Shown: piece by piece, positions 1 through 14,177 of the stretch | Layout: each line of letters starts with the position of its first letter | Position numbering within the stretch: the stretch's first letter is position 1 | Assembly: GCA_000388065.2 (NCBI GenBank) | Contig: KB932205.1 | Reading direction: 5' to 3' (one strand) | Source: Fonticula alba ATCC 38817 | Taxonomy: Eukaryota > Protista > Nucleariida | Length of the DNA: 57,986 nucleotides | Position numbers and translations under genes: made by a program | Notes under the pieces: generated by a model | Told to the model about the DNA's origin: nothing | The model's input: only the letters and a program-made list of their open reading frames with translations | The model's database searches: none

Positions 1-114
1 GCGGCAGCTGAGAATAACGAATCACATACGATCCACGACACTGACATGCTCTGCGCGGTGTCCTCCGCCCCGCCCCCGGCACATGGCAGCTTCATTTCGG
101 CTTCCATTGCCCAG

Positions 115-1910
115 GCCCTTGGCACGGTCCTGGGCATGACCATTGCCCGGTCGCTACTGCTCATCGGTCTCGGCGAGGAGGTGGCTCAGTATGGCTGGTG
201 GCCGTCGACCCTCTGTGAATGGGACGAAGTGTACGTGAGCGCGTGTGACCTCTTGAGTAGCCATCGGCCGGGAGAGGTCTTGTCTGTCCACCAGCCGGGT
301 GGCCTGTCCTCTTACATACCCGCCATACCCCCCCCCCCAGATTCCGAGCTTGGGCGTGCCTTTGCGCGCCCGATCTGGCCTGTTGTTTGTTTCTGGGTGT
401 GCGTGGGAACGGCCTGACCATCCTCCTCTTCTTGCCTCCTCGATGGCGCCTGGCCTTGGCGCCGCGTGCCCCCGGTCCCTGGTTCAGAGTTGTGCCCCCC
501 CCCCCCCCCCTCCCCGCCCGCCCGACGCCGCCTGGTCGACATAGGGCCATTGCCGACAGTGTGGCCAGCTGCGGCACACTCATCGCCCTCGGGGCGCTCT
601 TCTTCGCCCTGGCCCCGATGCCGGGCAGCAGGGTTGACAAATTTTTCCGCCGGCTGTCAAGCCAGGAATCCCGGATGCGGGCTCTACGCGAGCTGGAGCA
701 GGCCCTGACCAGCCTGTCGGGGTCACTGCTGCGCCGGAGCCGCACCCGCGGCCGAGGAGGCGCGGCCGCCGGGCCGCAGCGCATTTCGGCCGCGGACTAC
801 TGGCGCCGGCGCCAGACTCGCCGACGCCGGGCGGCCGTTCTCAGCCTTGGGGGTGTCCTCCTGGCCGCGTCGCTCCTGTCGCTGGCCATCTCCTCGGCAT
901 TCTGGTCGCCGGACCGGCTACCCCCGCGGCCGGAAGGCGCCCAGCCATTCCACCACGCCCCGGCCGGGGTGGCCCACGAGCCTGACATGGGCACGCCACA
1001 TGCCGTGGTGCCTCCGGCATCGTTGCCGCTCGGTGACGAGCTCCGCCACCAACACCTCCTCCTGCTGAATGCCACCTTGCCGGTGGCGGGCCTGGTTCAC
1101 CGGTATGGCTCAGCCATGGTCTCGGTGCATGGCAGTGCCCCATACCGGCCGCTGCCCAGCCCGGTGTCCGGCCTACCGAAGCCCCCGCCAGGAATGGTCC
1201 TCCGGCCACCGCCGCCATCTCCGCCGGTGATCATCCGGCCACCGGCCCTGGTCCCGAATGACCGCCTGGATTTCGAGATCGACTTCCTCTTTGTCGACCA
1301 TGATGATGACGGCGAGGACGCGGAGGGCGGCGAGGACGAGGGCAGCCACGCTCTGGCCGAGGCCCGCCACTACCGGAGCGGGGATCCACATCCCCGGGGG
1401 ACCGTCCACACCCCCGCCGGGGGGCCATCCCACGCGGGCCCCTCCTCGCAAGGAAAAGGCCAACACCCCCCTGCCTGGCTGGCGGAGTCTGTGGCAGGCG
1501 CACCGGCTGCCACAGCCACCACTGGCTCGGGCTCCGGCCCGGCCCCCGGCGGCGGCATCAGTCTGCCCTTCATCATCCTGGCCAACCCATCCATGGCCCT
1601 GGCCCTGGCGGGATCTGCCTGTCGGCACCGGGGAATCACCACCCCGGCCATGATCGGCCTTCCGGGGTCGCTCTCGGGGCCGAAGCCCGGGGCGGTTTTC
1701 CGCCATGGCCCGGACTGGCGCTCCTTCGGCCTGTATGCCGGCCTGGTGGGCTTCGTGGCCCCGGTGGTGGCTGCTCTGCTGGTCCTTTCCTGGAAGTGGC
1801 GTGAGTACAGCCGCACGGCCCCGGAATTCCGCCAGTATCTGCGCACTGGCAGCCACCAATACCAGCCCATCCCCATTGCCACGCCGAATAGCCCGGATCG
1901 CCTGGAGTGA
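115..1910 (+). CDS. Multi-pass membrane protein of unknown family, 5'-partial, spliced
   Basis: Exon begins after CCCAG at 114. Short hydrophobic exons are joined by GT..AG introns to a long last exon (ORF 387-1910) with TM-like stretches (GTLIALGALFFAL, AAVLSLGGVLLAASLLSLAISSAFW, FGLYAGLVGFVAPVVAALLVLSW). TGA at 1908-1910, AATAAA at 1971. No family motif recognised. Confidence 0.6.
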
Positions 1911-1911
1911 A

Positions 1912-1943
<32 letters not shown>

Positions 1944-1970
1944 ACCACCCACGCGTACACATGCCCAAAC

Positions 1971-1976
1971 AATAAA
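1971..1976 (+). terminator. Candidate polyadenylation signal AATAAA
   Basis: AATAAA 60 nt after the stop of the first gene, in the convergent 3' interval with ALAS. Confidence 0.4.
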
Positions 1977-2520
1977 CCAATTTGGGCTTCCCCCCTCCCC
2001 TCGGGAAAGATGGCGAGGAAGACGCCACCCCTCAGGACGGGCACAGAGGAGAGGCCCAGGAAAGTAGGGAAGAGCATGGGTATCGGGGTGGGGGGTGAGA
2101 GATAAGGGAGCCCCCCTCGCTGAGCGCGAGCCGCGGCATGTGTATATCCCCCCTGCGCGTGTCTCGCATGGTGCGTGTGAACGCGCACGCGCGCGCAGGG
2201 GAAGGAACAGAAAACCATGCACACATGGATGGCTTGGGGCGGGAAGGATGGTGGGTGGCAAGGGAGGAGGGGAGGGGGGAGGGAGGGTGGCAGTAGCACA
2301 GGGTGTGGTGCGTGGACAAAAAAAAAACCCGCAGGGCTGAGCCCGGCAGACTTTCCCCGTGCGAACACGCAGCAGGCCCCTTGCCTGTTCCGCGTCGGCC
2401 CTTGGCAGCTTGCCTCAGTCCGGCCGGATCCCGGGGACCAGCATCTCGAGCACCCGGGTCCCCCCGCCCCCCCACCCCCCCCCCTGCCCCCTGCGCGGTG
2501 GATGCTTCTCCGCACCTCGC

Positions 2521-5054
2521 TCACACACGCTGCGGATGGGCGATCGGCGCGGCATTGGCCTCCAGGACCTGGAGCTGAGCGTCGGACGCCTGGAGGAAGT
2601 CCGGCCGCCAGAACTCCGTGACCGAGGTGCCGGGCTCCACGCGCGGCAGGCCGAAGTCCCGCCACACGGCATCCATGGCCTCCACAAAGTGGTCGCGCAT
2701 GGCGGTCGTGTGCACCGGCGAGGGGGTCACTCGGAGGCGCTCGGCGCCCCGGGCCACGGTGGGCTGGTTGATGGCCTGCACATAGATGCCATACCGGTGG
2801 AGCAGGTGGTCAGACACACGCCGGGCCAGGGCCGCATCGTACACCATGACCGGGACAATGTGCGTGTCGTTGGCCAGCACCGGGATGCCGAGATCCATCA
2901 GCCGGGACTTGATGTCGGCCACCGCCTCGCCATGGAACTGGCGAAGATGCCCGCCGACCGACGGCGAGGCGGACAGCTCCACCGCCGCCAGGGCGCCGGC
3001 CGCCACATGCGGCGGCATGGCCGTGGTGAAGATGAACCCCGGCGCATACGAGCGCAGAGTGTCGATCAGGCTGTGCGAGCCGGCGATGTAGCCACCGACG
3101 TTGCCGAAGGCTGTGGACGTGTGTGGATGCACACATGCGCCAAGGGTGGTACAGGCCCGCCGTACGTGCACACGCCGCATGAGGGGTCGCGCGGTGGCAT
3201 GGTATGCAACCGGACATCCGCCAAAAAAAAATGCCCGCGGTGGCAGAGGGGAGACCAAAGAGAGCGAGATCAACAGAGAGAGGGGGAGAGAGATGAGTAA
3301 AGAGAAAAAGAGGCCAGGTGACGAGGAGGAAGAAAAGGAGCGAGGGGGGACAAAAAAAAGTGCGCCCAAGGGATGGGCAGGACACACAGACGCCGAGAGG
3401 GAGGGGGGGAAAAAAATAAAATAGAAACCCGCCCCAAAGCACACGCACCCTTGCCCAGGGTGCCAGACACAATGTCCACCTGGTCCATGAGGCCATCGCG
3501 CTCGGCCACACCGGCGCCGGTGGCACCATACAGGCCAACCGCATGCACCTCATCCAGGAAGGTAAGCGCCCCATGGCGCTGGGCCACCTTGCAGATGTCG
3601 GCAATCGGGCCGACGGTGCCGCACATGGAGTACACCGACTCGAAGACCACCACCCGCGGCGACCGGGGGATGGGCTGCCCCGGGACAAAGAGACCGGACT
3701 CGCGAGCGGCGCGCTCCTCCTCGGCCGCATCGGCCTCCAGCAGCTCCTCCAGGTGGGCGACATCATTGTGGCGGAAGATGCGCCGGTGGGCCTTCGGCCC
3801 GGCATGGCGCATGCCATGGATCATGCTCGCGTGGTTCAGGGCATCCGAGTAGAAGATGCACCGGCCGGTGGGGGACGCGGCGGCCAGCTGCGCGCCCAGG
3901 GTGGCCAGGGCCGTGTCATTGGCCACATAGCACGACTGGAAGACCAGCGCCGCCGGCTGGCGGTGCAGCTCGGCCAGGCGCTTTTCCAGGGCCAGATGCG
4001 CGGCACTGGTGCCGGCGATGTTGCGCGTGCCACCGGCCCCGGCTCCATGCGCATCCACCGCCGCCTTGATGGAGCCAAGCACCTCCGGGTGTTGGCCCAG
4101 GCCGAGATAGTCGTTTGAGCACCAGACCGTGACATCGCGCGGGTGGATCTGCGCCGCGCCGCGGTCCGACGCGGTCACCGGACAAGCGGGGTCCGTCTCG
4201 GCCGGCAGCGGGCCGGTCGGGTCGCGCTGCCCGGTCACCGGGCACACACTGGACCCGGTGGAAGCCGGGCCGTCGGCATTGGCGGCAACGGCCGCCGCCC
4301 CGGCCAGGGCCATGGCGCTCGACAGCGATACCGTCGACAGGTGCGTGGCCGCGGGGAAGGCCCCGGCAATGCGGTTGACATTGTTGAACACGCGGTAGCT
4401 GCGGTCACGGCGCTTGGCCTCGACTTGCTCCTGGAAGAAGGCGTCATAGGCGAAGGCACCGGCGGGGAAATCGCGCGTGCGATCCGCCACCACCGGGGTG
4501 GCTGTCATGGCGGCCGACCCGCCGCAGCGCCCGCCGCAGCAGGATCCCGACGCCTGTTGGGCCCGCAGCACCGCATGGTAGCCGGAGGAGGCCGCCACAC
4601 CGGAGGCGCAAGACCCGGCCCCGGCGGCCGCATGGCCACAGGACCCGGCGCTGGGGGCCGGCTGGTGGCTGCAGCCGCCGTTGCCGGAGCCGCACTGGCC
4701 AAAGCCGGAGACCACATTCTCAAAGAGACTGTCCGGGGGGGTGCCAGTCGACAGATCGGCCAGCGGGAGCTTCGACGGGGTGCGCACGCCGGGGCTCACC
4801 TCGGGAACCGACGTGGCGTAGCCCGCGGCATTGGCGCCGATGACAGGGGTGTCGGCGGGGGCCGCCAGCCCGGCGGCAGTGGTGGTGGTGGCCGCCGCGG
4901 CCGCCGCCCGCTGGTTGAAGGCCGCAACGGCGGCAGTGTGCCGCGCGCGACAGGGCATGGTGACCGCCGCACCCTTGAAGGGATTGCCAGCAGGGAAAGC
5001 CATGTGGGCTACGTATGGGCAGCGCCGCGCGGCGGACATGATGACCTTGTCCAT
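2521..5054 (-). CDS. HEM1: 5-aminolevulinate synthase (PLP-dependent, mitochondrial); join(3449..5054,2521..3110)
   Basis: Motifs [68 protein letters not shown]|[41 protein letters not shown]. The GT-AG intron 3111-3448 restores GKAFG. Start [14 protein letters not shown] at 5054 (5255 in the duplicated copy); TGA at 2521-2523. Confidence 0.97.
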
Positions 5055-5320
5055 GGTGAGGCCGTGTCTGAGCCGGGGCGCGCGGCAGGGGAAGTTGGAA
5101 AGGGAGGCGGGTTTTGGAGCGAGGGGGGGGGGGGCAGTGTGCCGCGCGCGACAGGGCATGGTGACCGCCGCACCCTTGAAGGGATTGCCAGCAGGGAAAG
5201 CCATGTGGGCTACGTATGGGCAGCGCCGCGCGGCGGACATGATGACCTTGTCCATGGTGAGGCCGTGTCTGAGCCGGGGCGCGCGGCAGGGGAAGTTGGA
5301 AAGGGAGGCGGGTTTTGGAG
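4932..5320. repeat. 188-bp direct tandem duplication (4932-5119 and 5133-5320) covering the ALAS start
   Basis: Two identical copies with a 201-bp period, separated and followed by G homopolymers. Confidence 0.95.
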
Positions 5321-5881
5321 GGGGGGGGGGGGGGGGGGGAGGTGGTGAGTTTGGGCCTGGGTCAGGGCAGGAAGATGACGTGAAAGGGAGGGCGGGGGAC
5401 AAACCGGACAAGGGGGAGATGATCGGCGAGGACCGTCGTGCACAGGAGCAGGGAGTGTGGAGGGGATAGGGGTAGGGAGGGGGGGTGCCATGGGATTCGA
5501 AGCTCGGCGGGTGAAGTCGCCGCCCTTATGGCAAAGGCTCCACCCTCCGTGGGCGGGGGGGGGGGGGGGGGGGGATCCGCCCTGCGGCGGGGCCATGGGA
5601 ACAGGAAACACGCCGGTCCGAGGACGGCTCATCTCACCAGCCAATGTGGGAGGAACACGTTTCCAGCGCAGGCGGGGCTGGGGGTGCCCCGCCGGGCTGG
5701 GGGGACACTGGGAGGCGGAAAATAACAGCGCCCCGCCCTGGTCCTCGGCAACACCACAACCACACCGGGAGAGATCGCCGGAGGCATCCCCCGCTGCCGG
5801 GGGTCGGGGGAGGAGGGGCGGCTGCGCGCGCACCTGACAGCCCGCGCGGCCTCAGCCACGCTGCGAGCTGGCCCAGCGTGG

Positions 5882-5883
<2 letters not shown>

Positions 5884-5913
<30 letters not shown>
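5884..5913. repeat. (CA)n microsatellite running into an assembly gap
   Basis: About 15 CA units directly before the Ns at 5914. Confidence 0.9.
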
Positions 5914-6208
5914 NNNNNNNNNNNNNNNNNNNNNNNNNNNNNNNNNNNNNNNNNNNNNNNNNNNNNNNNNNNNNNNNNNNNNNNNNNNNNNNNNNNNNNN
6001 NNNNNNNNNNNNNNNNNNNNNNNNNNNNNNNNNNNNNNNNNNNNNNNNNNNNNNNNNNNNNNNNNNNNNNNNNNNNNNNNNNNNNNNNNNNNNNNNNNNN
6101 NNNNNNNNNNNNNNNNNNNNNNNNNNNNNNNNNNNNNNNNNNNNNNNNNNNNNNNNNNNNNNNNNNNNNNNNNNNNNNNNNNNNNNNNNNNNNNNNNNNN
6201 NNNNNNNN
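5914..6208. other. Assembly gap (N run)
   Basis: Ns. Other gaps are at 10260-10290, 27270-27665, 32380-32389, 33224-33233, 37024-37587, 40711-40805 and 51746-51786. Confidence 1.
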
Positions 6209-7975
6209 CCCCCCCCCCTTCGCCGCCCGTTCCGGGGGGCTGAGGGGCTGAGGGGCGCGCGCGCGCGCGCCGGGCTCGGGCGAGCATGGTGCCGGTCGAC
6301 GGCTTCGGCTCGCCGCGTCGTGCCGCGCGGGGGAGGGAGGGCGCTTCCGGCGGCCCAACTTGGACTTCCTGGAGGGAGGGGGGGGGGGGGGGGGGCCCCG
6401 GCACCACGACGGGCGAGGGACGGCGCGCGTACGGCCGCCAATGGGGCGCCCCCTTCGCTTGGCCAGGAGGGGAGGGGGGGGACCCGGGCAGGGGCGGGAG
6501 CAGTATCGCCGGGGGCGCCGCAAGCGCCCTCCCCAAGTTCCCCATGTGCCGACGATTCAGTCCTCCGGTTAAATCTTAATCCGGCGCGGGGCGGCATCGG
6601 ACGCGTGTGCACTGGGCGCGCCCCCAGTCGGGGTGGGCCGAGCCGGGCCGGGCTGGGCGGGGTCGGGGGGGGGCGTTCGCTCCGGGGGGGGGGGGGGGGG
6701 GGGGGGGGCACCCCGGCACCCCGACGCGCTAGGCCCGCGTTACCCGGGATTTGGCCCGGCGTTGCCATGAAGTTTCCCCATCCTCGCCCCGGCCGCATGC
6801 TGTTCCTGCCACACGGCAACCCCTCCCCGCCCCGCCCCCCGCGGCCTGCCCGCGGGTGCGACCAGCCGGGACGGCCGCGTCGCGGCCCCCCCCCCCCCGG
6901 GAGCACATTGGTAGTTGCCGCGGGGAGGGGCAGGCCAGGAGACTGGGGGAGGGCTCCCCAGTTCGGCTGCTCGAGGGGGATCGCGCCGCCGTGCCCAGGG
7001 TATATGCCAACCGATCCGCGCGGGGACTCCGGCTGGCGGGGAAGGAGGGCCACCACCAGGCGTCTTCGCCCCCTCCCCCCCGCCGGGGGGGGTCTCGCCC
7101 CAGGGAGGAATATTAAAGCTGTCGAGGGAGACCTCCATGCGCAGTTCGTGTGCCAGCCCCGGCCCAGACAATCCTAACCCCCCTCTCTGCGTGCCCCTCC
7201 AGCTGCTGGGTGGCCCCTCCGTCGGCCCCTGCCCCCCGACCGGCGGCCCCGAAGCGCACACCAAGGCAAGGGGCATTTTGCTGGTGTCTTTTCACGGCGC
7301 GAACGCCGGACCCCGGCGGCGAGAAGCCCGCGCCACGATCAGCCAAGGGTGCGCTCGTCGGGTGGAATGCCACCGGTTGGCACTGGACATGTGATGGGTG
7401 TTGCCAACGCTAAGGGGAATGCCCTGGACCAGGCCAATAGGGGTGCAGGCCTCGCCCATATGTGCCTGATGCTCCGACCTCGATGCCTCTTGCATATTCC
7501 TCCCCAGCAAGTATACATACGTTGGCAGATGCGAGCGAGAGATCACATATCCAGGTTCCACCGGTATTCGGGGTCATGCGGTCGTACTCATAGCAATCGA
7601 GGTCACATGTGTATACGTGATTGGGGCACTTCGGCTTTCGTCTGTTGTCCCTGTTTCTTTCCGTCGGCCCCTTCCTTGGGGAGGGGGGCGGATCGGCATC
7701 TGGTCCCGATTAGGGAGCAAGGCCTGGTGGTGTGTGTTTGACCTGGTGGTCGGGCTACGAGCGCGGGGGGAGGGGGGACACATTCGTGTTGGTCAGGCAC
7801 GTCGCAGCCAAAAAGGCCCCGATGTCGGGCCTGTCCTCCCGAACTCTCAACTACCCCACCACCGCTACCCCCTCCTTGCCTGCCCCCCCCCCTCCCCTTT
7901 TGTTCCGCCCTTCCCCCTGTCGCATTTGCACACACTCGTTCCCCTCCCCCCACCAAAACCCACGCAGTACAAGCC

Positions 7976-9691
<1,716 letters not shown>

Positions 9692-10310
9692 GACCGTCGA
9701 GTGGGGCACACACTTTCCGGTTGCCTGTGGAATTTGAAGAAAAAAGAAGAAAAAATACCAACACACACCCGCTGCTGTGATTTCCTGCTCTCCTGCCGGA
9801 TGTCCTGTGTGGGGCGGGAGGTGGGGGGGGCGGGGAGGGGGTTGGTGAGGCCGCACTTTGTGAGGCAAGTGCCGCCGAACACAAGTAGTGTGTCCATTCT
9901 ACAATACCATAACCGGCTGTGGCTGACGTCTGCTCTGATGTGCCAGCGCTGCCTGGCACCAGGGGGCGCGGGGGGGGGGGGCGCGGGACTGGAAGTTCCC
10001 CGATCGCCACGGAGATCTTCCTCCGGCGAGCGACTAGACTCCAGAGTGGGTGTCCCCGAGAATAGCGGGGCTGCACTGATCGGAGCTGACAAGAGGGGGG
10101 CGGGGGGGAACTGTACGCCAGTCTCACAGTGATGAACCGATCATGTCCAGCACAAAAGTCTCCCTGGAGGCTCTACACCCTCCCCGACCGACCACAGCAC
10201 GCCCATCATCACCGCCACCACCACAACTTCCCATCACTGCCCTCACCTCCCCCCCCCCCNNNNNNNNNNNNNNNNNNNNNNNNNNNNNNNCCCCCGCCTA
10301 CCCTGCCGCC

Positions 10311-12073
10311 ATGTCTCTTCCCGTCATGCAGCCGGTTGTCCGGTGGCTGAATACCAGCCAGTCACTGCTGCCAGTGCGGGTTTGGGGCCGGGCCGCGCGT
10401 TTGGGCCTTCTGAGCCTGCTGGTGTGTCACGTCTCCATCGCGCGTCCGTTGCTCGAGGGCTCTTGCCGTTATCCTGACACCCGACACCTTGCAGTACCTG
10501 AGCCAGGGCATGCCGATCGGCTTCCAAGCACGTGGGCTGCCGATCCTGCTGCGCACGCGCGGCGTGTCCCTTTCGCTGATCAGCTTCAGCCTGACGGCCA
10601 TGTCCATCAGCTGGATGCTGAAGCCCCTGTTTGCGGCGCACATCGACAACACCTTCTCGCCGCACATCGGCCGCCGGCGGTCATGGCTGATCCCGCTGCA
10701 GGTTCGCCGGGTCGGGTGGCGCTTTTCCCATCTCCCTTCGTGCCTTCCCTAACACCCTGGCATTGTAGTTCGGCCTTGCGGCCCTGGCCCTGGTGGCGGC
10801 CTACCTCGCCGGGCCGCTGGATGACGGTGCCGCCAGCAACCTCCCTGGTCTCTTCATCTCCTGCTTCCTGTTGAACTCCCTGTCCTCGGCCCAGGACATC
10901 GCGGTCGATGGCTTGGCCATTGACATCCTCAGTGAAACGGTGCGCGGCCTGCCTCCGGGCTCCCTCGCGCAATTCGATGCCCCTGGCCTGGGAGCCAAGG
11001 TGAAAAAAAAAAAAAGACCAACACTCACGCCCATCATGCAGGAGCTCGGCTCCGGCAACAGCATCCAAGTGGTCGGCTTCAAGGCCGGCATGTTTATCGG
11101 GGGCGCCTCGCTGGCCATGTCGCCCTCGCCGCGGTCGACCTTCAACATCATGTTTTTGATCATGCTCTTTGTGGCCATTTTGGTGCTCCTCTTCCCGGAG
11201 ACGCGCCTCACCGGGTCCACGGCCTCGGCAAGTCGGCCGGCCACGCCGGCTGAGTCGGCCACACCGGAGGCCCCCTGCATGGCGAGCGAGCCGGCAAGTG
11301 CGGGCAGCTGGCTCGGTCGCTCCGGAGTGGCGGCCTTCCTGCGCATCATCACCGATCGGTCCCTGCTATGGGCCCTGCTTTTCATCATCACCTACAAGAC
11401 CGGCGAGGGGGCACACGACATGCTCTTCAAGCCGCTGCTGGTGGATTCGGGCCTGACGCCGGCGCGCATCGCCACCCTGACCGGGCTCTTTGGGGCGGTG
11501 ATCTCGGTCGCCGGGTCCTTCGCCGGGGGACTGCTGGCGGATCGGCACCCTGGACGCCAGCGCCTGCCGCTGCTGCTGGTCATTTTGGCCCTGCGATCGC
11601 TGCCGATGATCGGCAAGACCGTGTACGCGTATGCGGTTGATCGGGCTGGCTCGGCAGCCGGGCCGGCCTTCGACCGGTGGCCCCTGCTGGCCGTCATCGC
11701 CGGGGAGAGCTTCATCGGTGGGGCCCTGACCACGGTGACCTTCGCCTTCATGATGTCGGTGGCCTCGGCCTCCGGTCCGAGCGGGGCCACCCGGTACACG
11801 GCCTTCGCCACGGTGGAGATCCTCGGCAAGACCATCAGCTACGCTTCATGCGGGGCTATTGCCGGGTACTTTGGCTATGGGCCGGTCTTCTTCTGGGCCA
11901 CGGTCATCTCCATGGTGCCGATTGGCGCTGTTTACATGGAATGGCGCGAGGGGGGCCTGGGAGGGGCTGCCGCGACGATCGGCGACGGGCCGACCCCCGG
12001 CCAGCCGTCTACCGGGGCGCCAGCGCGCGAGACCATCCCGGTGGCTGGCTCGCCCAAGATCAAGGATCTTTGA
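10311..12073 (+). CDS. MFS transporter, MFSD3/AmpG/acetyl-CoA-transporter-like, 4 exons
   Basis: LGLLSLL|YLSQGMPIG...LPILLR...WMLKPLFAAHID...GRRRSWLIPLQ; AQDIAVDGLAIDIL; YKTGEGAHDMLFKPLLVDSG; ATRYTAFATVEILGK. About 12 hydrophobic segments. TGA at 12071-12073. Confidence 0.85.
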
Positions 12074-13195
12074 GTCGAGCCCCTGCCGGAGGCGACGCGG
12101 CGCGAGGGGAGACACGCCAATAGATCCCTTGTCCTCTTTTTTTTTTTCCACCCGCCCACAAGCGGGCCCCCTCCTTCTCCTGTGCGAGGGGTGCTTTTCT
12201 TGCGTGGGCTTTTCGTGGGAGGGGGCGGCGGGGGGGGGGCCGCCCCGACATATTGTGGGTGTGTCAGCGCCCGCTGGGGGCGGGGGGGGGGGGGGGGGGG
12301 CGAGGAGCCGGCCGCGGGACCAGCAAGCACTGCGACGCCGGGGACGCATAGTGGCTGTCTGCGCGGGGGCCGCGGGGGGCTGGCCGCCGGAGGCGGGGTA
12401 CGTGGGCGGTCGGTGTCGGCGGCAGGGAGGGCCCACGACCGGGGGGGGGGCGTGAAAGTGGAGAGGCAGTGCGCCGAACCCCCGGATGCATCATACAGCA
12501 AGCCCACTTGACGACCTCCGAACCCAAGGGGGGGGGGGATGCTGAGCGCACGCGCACACACGCGCGCGTCGGCGCCCATGCCCGCGGGGCGCGGGGCGAT
12601 CCACCCGCTGCCCCCCCCCCCCTCCCCGTCCGGTGGATGGGTCCAAGATCAACCCAGAGAGTTGGCACACCGGGCCCTCTTTCTCCGGGGCTGTTGCTGC
12701 CGGGTGAGCGTGGCTGTGAACAGTCGCAAGAGCCGGGCCAGGTAGACAACATAAACAGCACTCAGCCGGGGTTGCTGCTGCCTCTGGTGGTGGTGGCGAC
12801 GGTGGCCCTGGCATGGTTGTTGTTGTTGTTGCTGTTGTTGTTGTTGTCGCTGCTGGCGGCGGGGCTGGGGATGTTTTCCGGGCGCTATGTTGTTGTCGGT
12901 TGTCGCCTGTTGCCCTGGTATTCTCTTGGAGACGGGCGAGGCCCATTCTGCTGCGGCCGGCCCAGTACTCGGGCGAGTGCTTCCTGCCAGCCCCACCGCT
13001 CGCTGTCCGGCCTCCTGTGGCGGGTGCCGCCGCCCGGCCGGTCGATCAGCCAGGATCCTTCGCCAGGAGGGGAGCCCATTTGTGGCCCCACCATGCCAGG
13101 GGGACCGGCCGACCGATCAACCATCCCTCGCTTTCCCCCTTTCGATCCCTCCCCACGTTTGTCCTGTCGTCCGGACCCAAGCGAAAGGCAGCATC

Positions 13196-14177
13196 ATGTC
13201 CTCGCCCAAAGGCAAGACTGCCGCGACTGCGGCCACCAAGCCATCGATCTTCAACTTCAAGGAGCAGGTCGCCCGCTACGGCGAGTATCATAGCAACCGC
13301 GTGTGCGTTCCAGCCCCCCCGCGCCTCCCCCTGCTCACAACTGCTCCAGCACCCGCCCACTCGCTCGCTTGCTCGCTCACCCATTCACCCACACAAAAAC
13401 ATCTGACCATATGCACGCCTCTCGCCCATGTGTGCCTCCACCTCCACCACACCCATGTAGGAACCAAATCATCCATATGATCTTCGTGCCGGTGATTCTC
13501 TGGACGGCCTTCGTGTGGCTGACCGCTGTCGGCCCGTTTGCCACCCTCCCTAAGGTGTCTCCCTGGGCCCAGCCCACGGCGGCCGTCATCGCCGGGACCC
13601 TTTTCAACCTTTACTACATCGCCCTGGAGCCGATGACTGGCGTGCGTGCTCCTCTCCTTCCTCATTCCATCGTCTTCCCGGCGCCCCCATAGCCTGACCG
13701 ACATCCCCCCATCCCCCCCCCCCCCCCCCCCCCCCCCCTTCCCGACCACAGCTTCTCTACATCCCACAAATGTGCCTGCTCCTGTACTCGGCCTATGTGT
13801 TTGCCCACTCACCGAGCGTGGCCCATCCCCACTGGGTGGCCTTCGGCGTGCATGTCGTGTCTTGGATTGCCCAGTTCTGGGGCCATGGCAAGCATGAGGG
13901 CCGCAAGCCCGCCCTCCTTGACAACCTCTTCCAGTGTGCGTCGGCCCATTCCTTTCACCCGTGCCCACCTCGGGCGCATGGGCGCTGCCTTCCCTCCCTC
14001 TGACACGCCCATCGCAACGCGACCCCCCCTCCCCCAGCCCTGGTCATGGCTCCGCTATTCGTGTTCCTCGAGACGCTCTTCCTGGTGGGCTACCGGCCGC
14101 AGCTCCATCGGCTGGTCCGCAACGAGTCGGGCAAGCGCCGCGCCGCCTGGCTGCGCAGCCTGAAGAAGGCCCACTAG
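13196..14177 (+). CDS. MPO1: Mpo1-like 2-hydroxy fatty acid dioxygenase (DUF962/YGL010w family), 4 exons
   Basis: YGEYHSNRV|[10 protein letters not shown] (metal-binding His), [28 protein letters not shown]|[15 protein letters not shown]. Three GTGCGT..AG introns; TAG at 14175-14177. Confidence 0.92.

Noticed and set aside
12491-12996. Minus-strand ORFs with poly-Q or poly-T between the MFS and MPO1 genes
   Set aside because: The low-complexity runs come from a (TTG/CTG)n microsatellite; no family motif or splice support.
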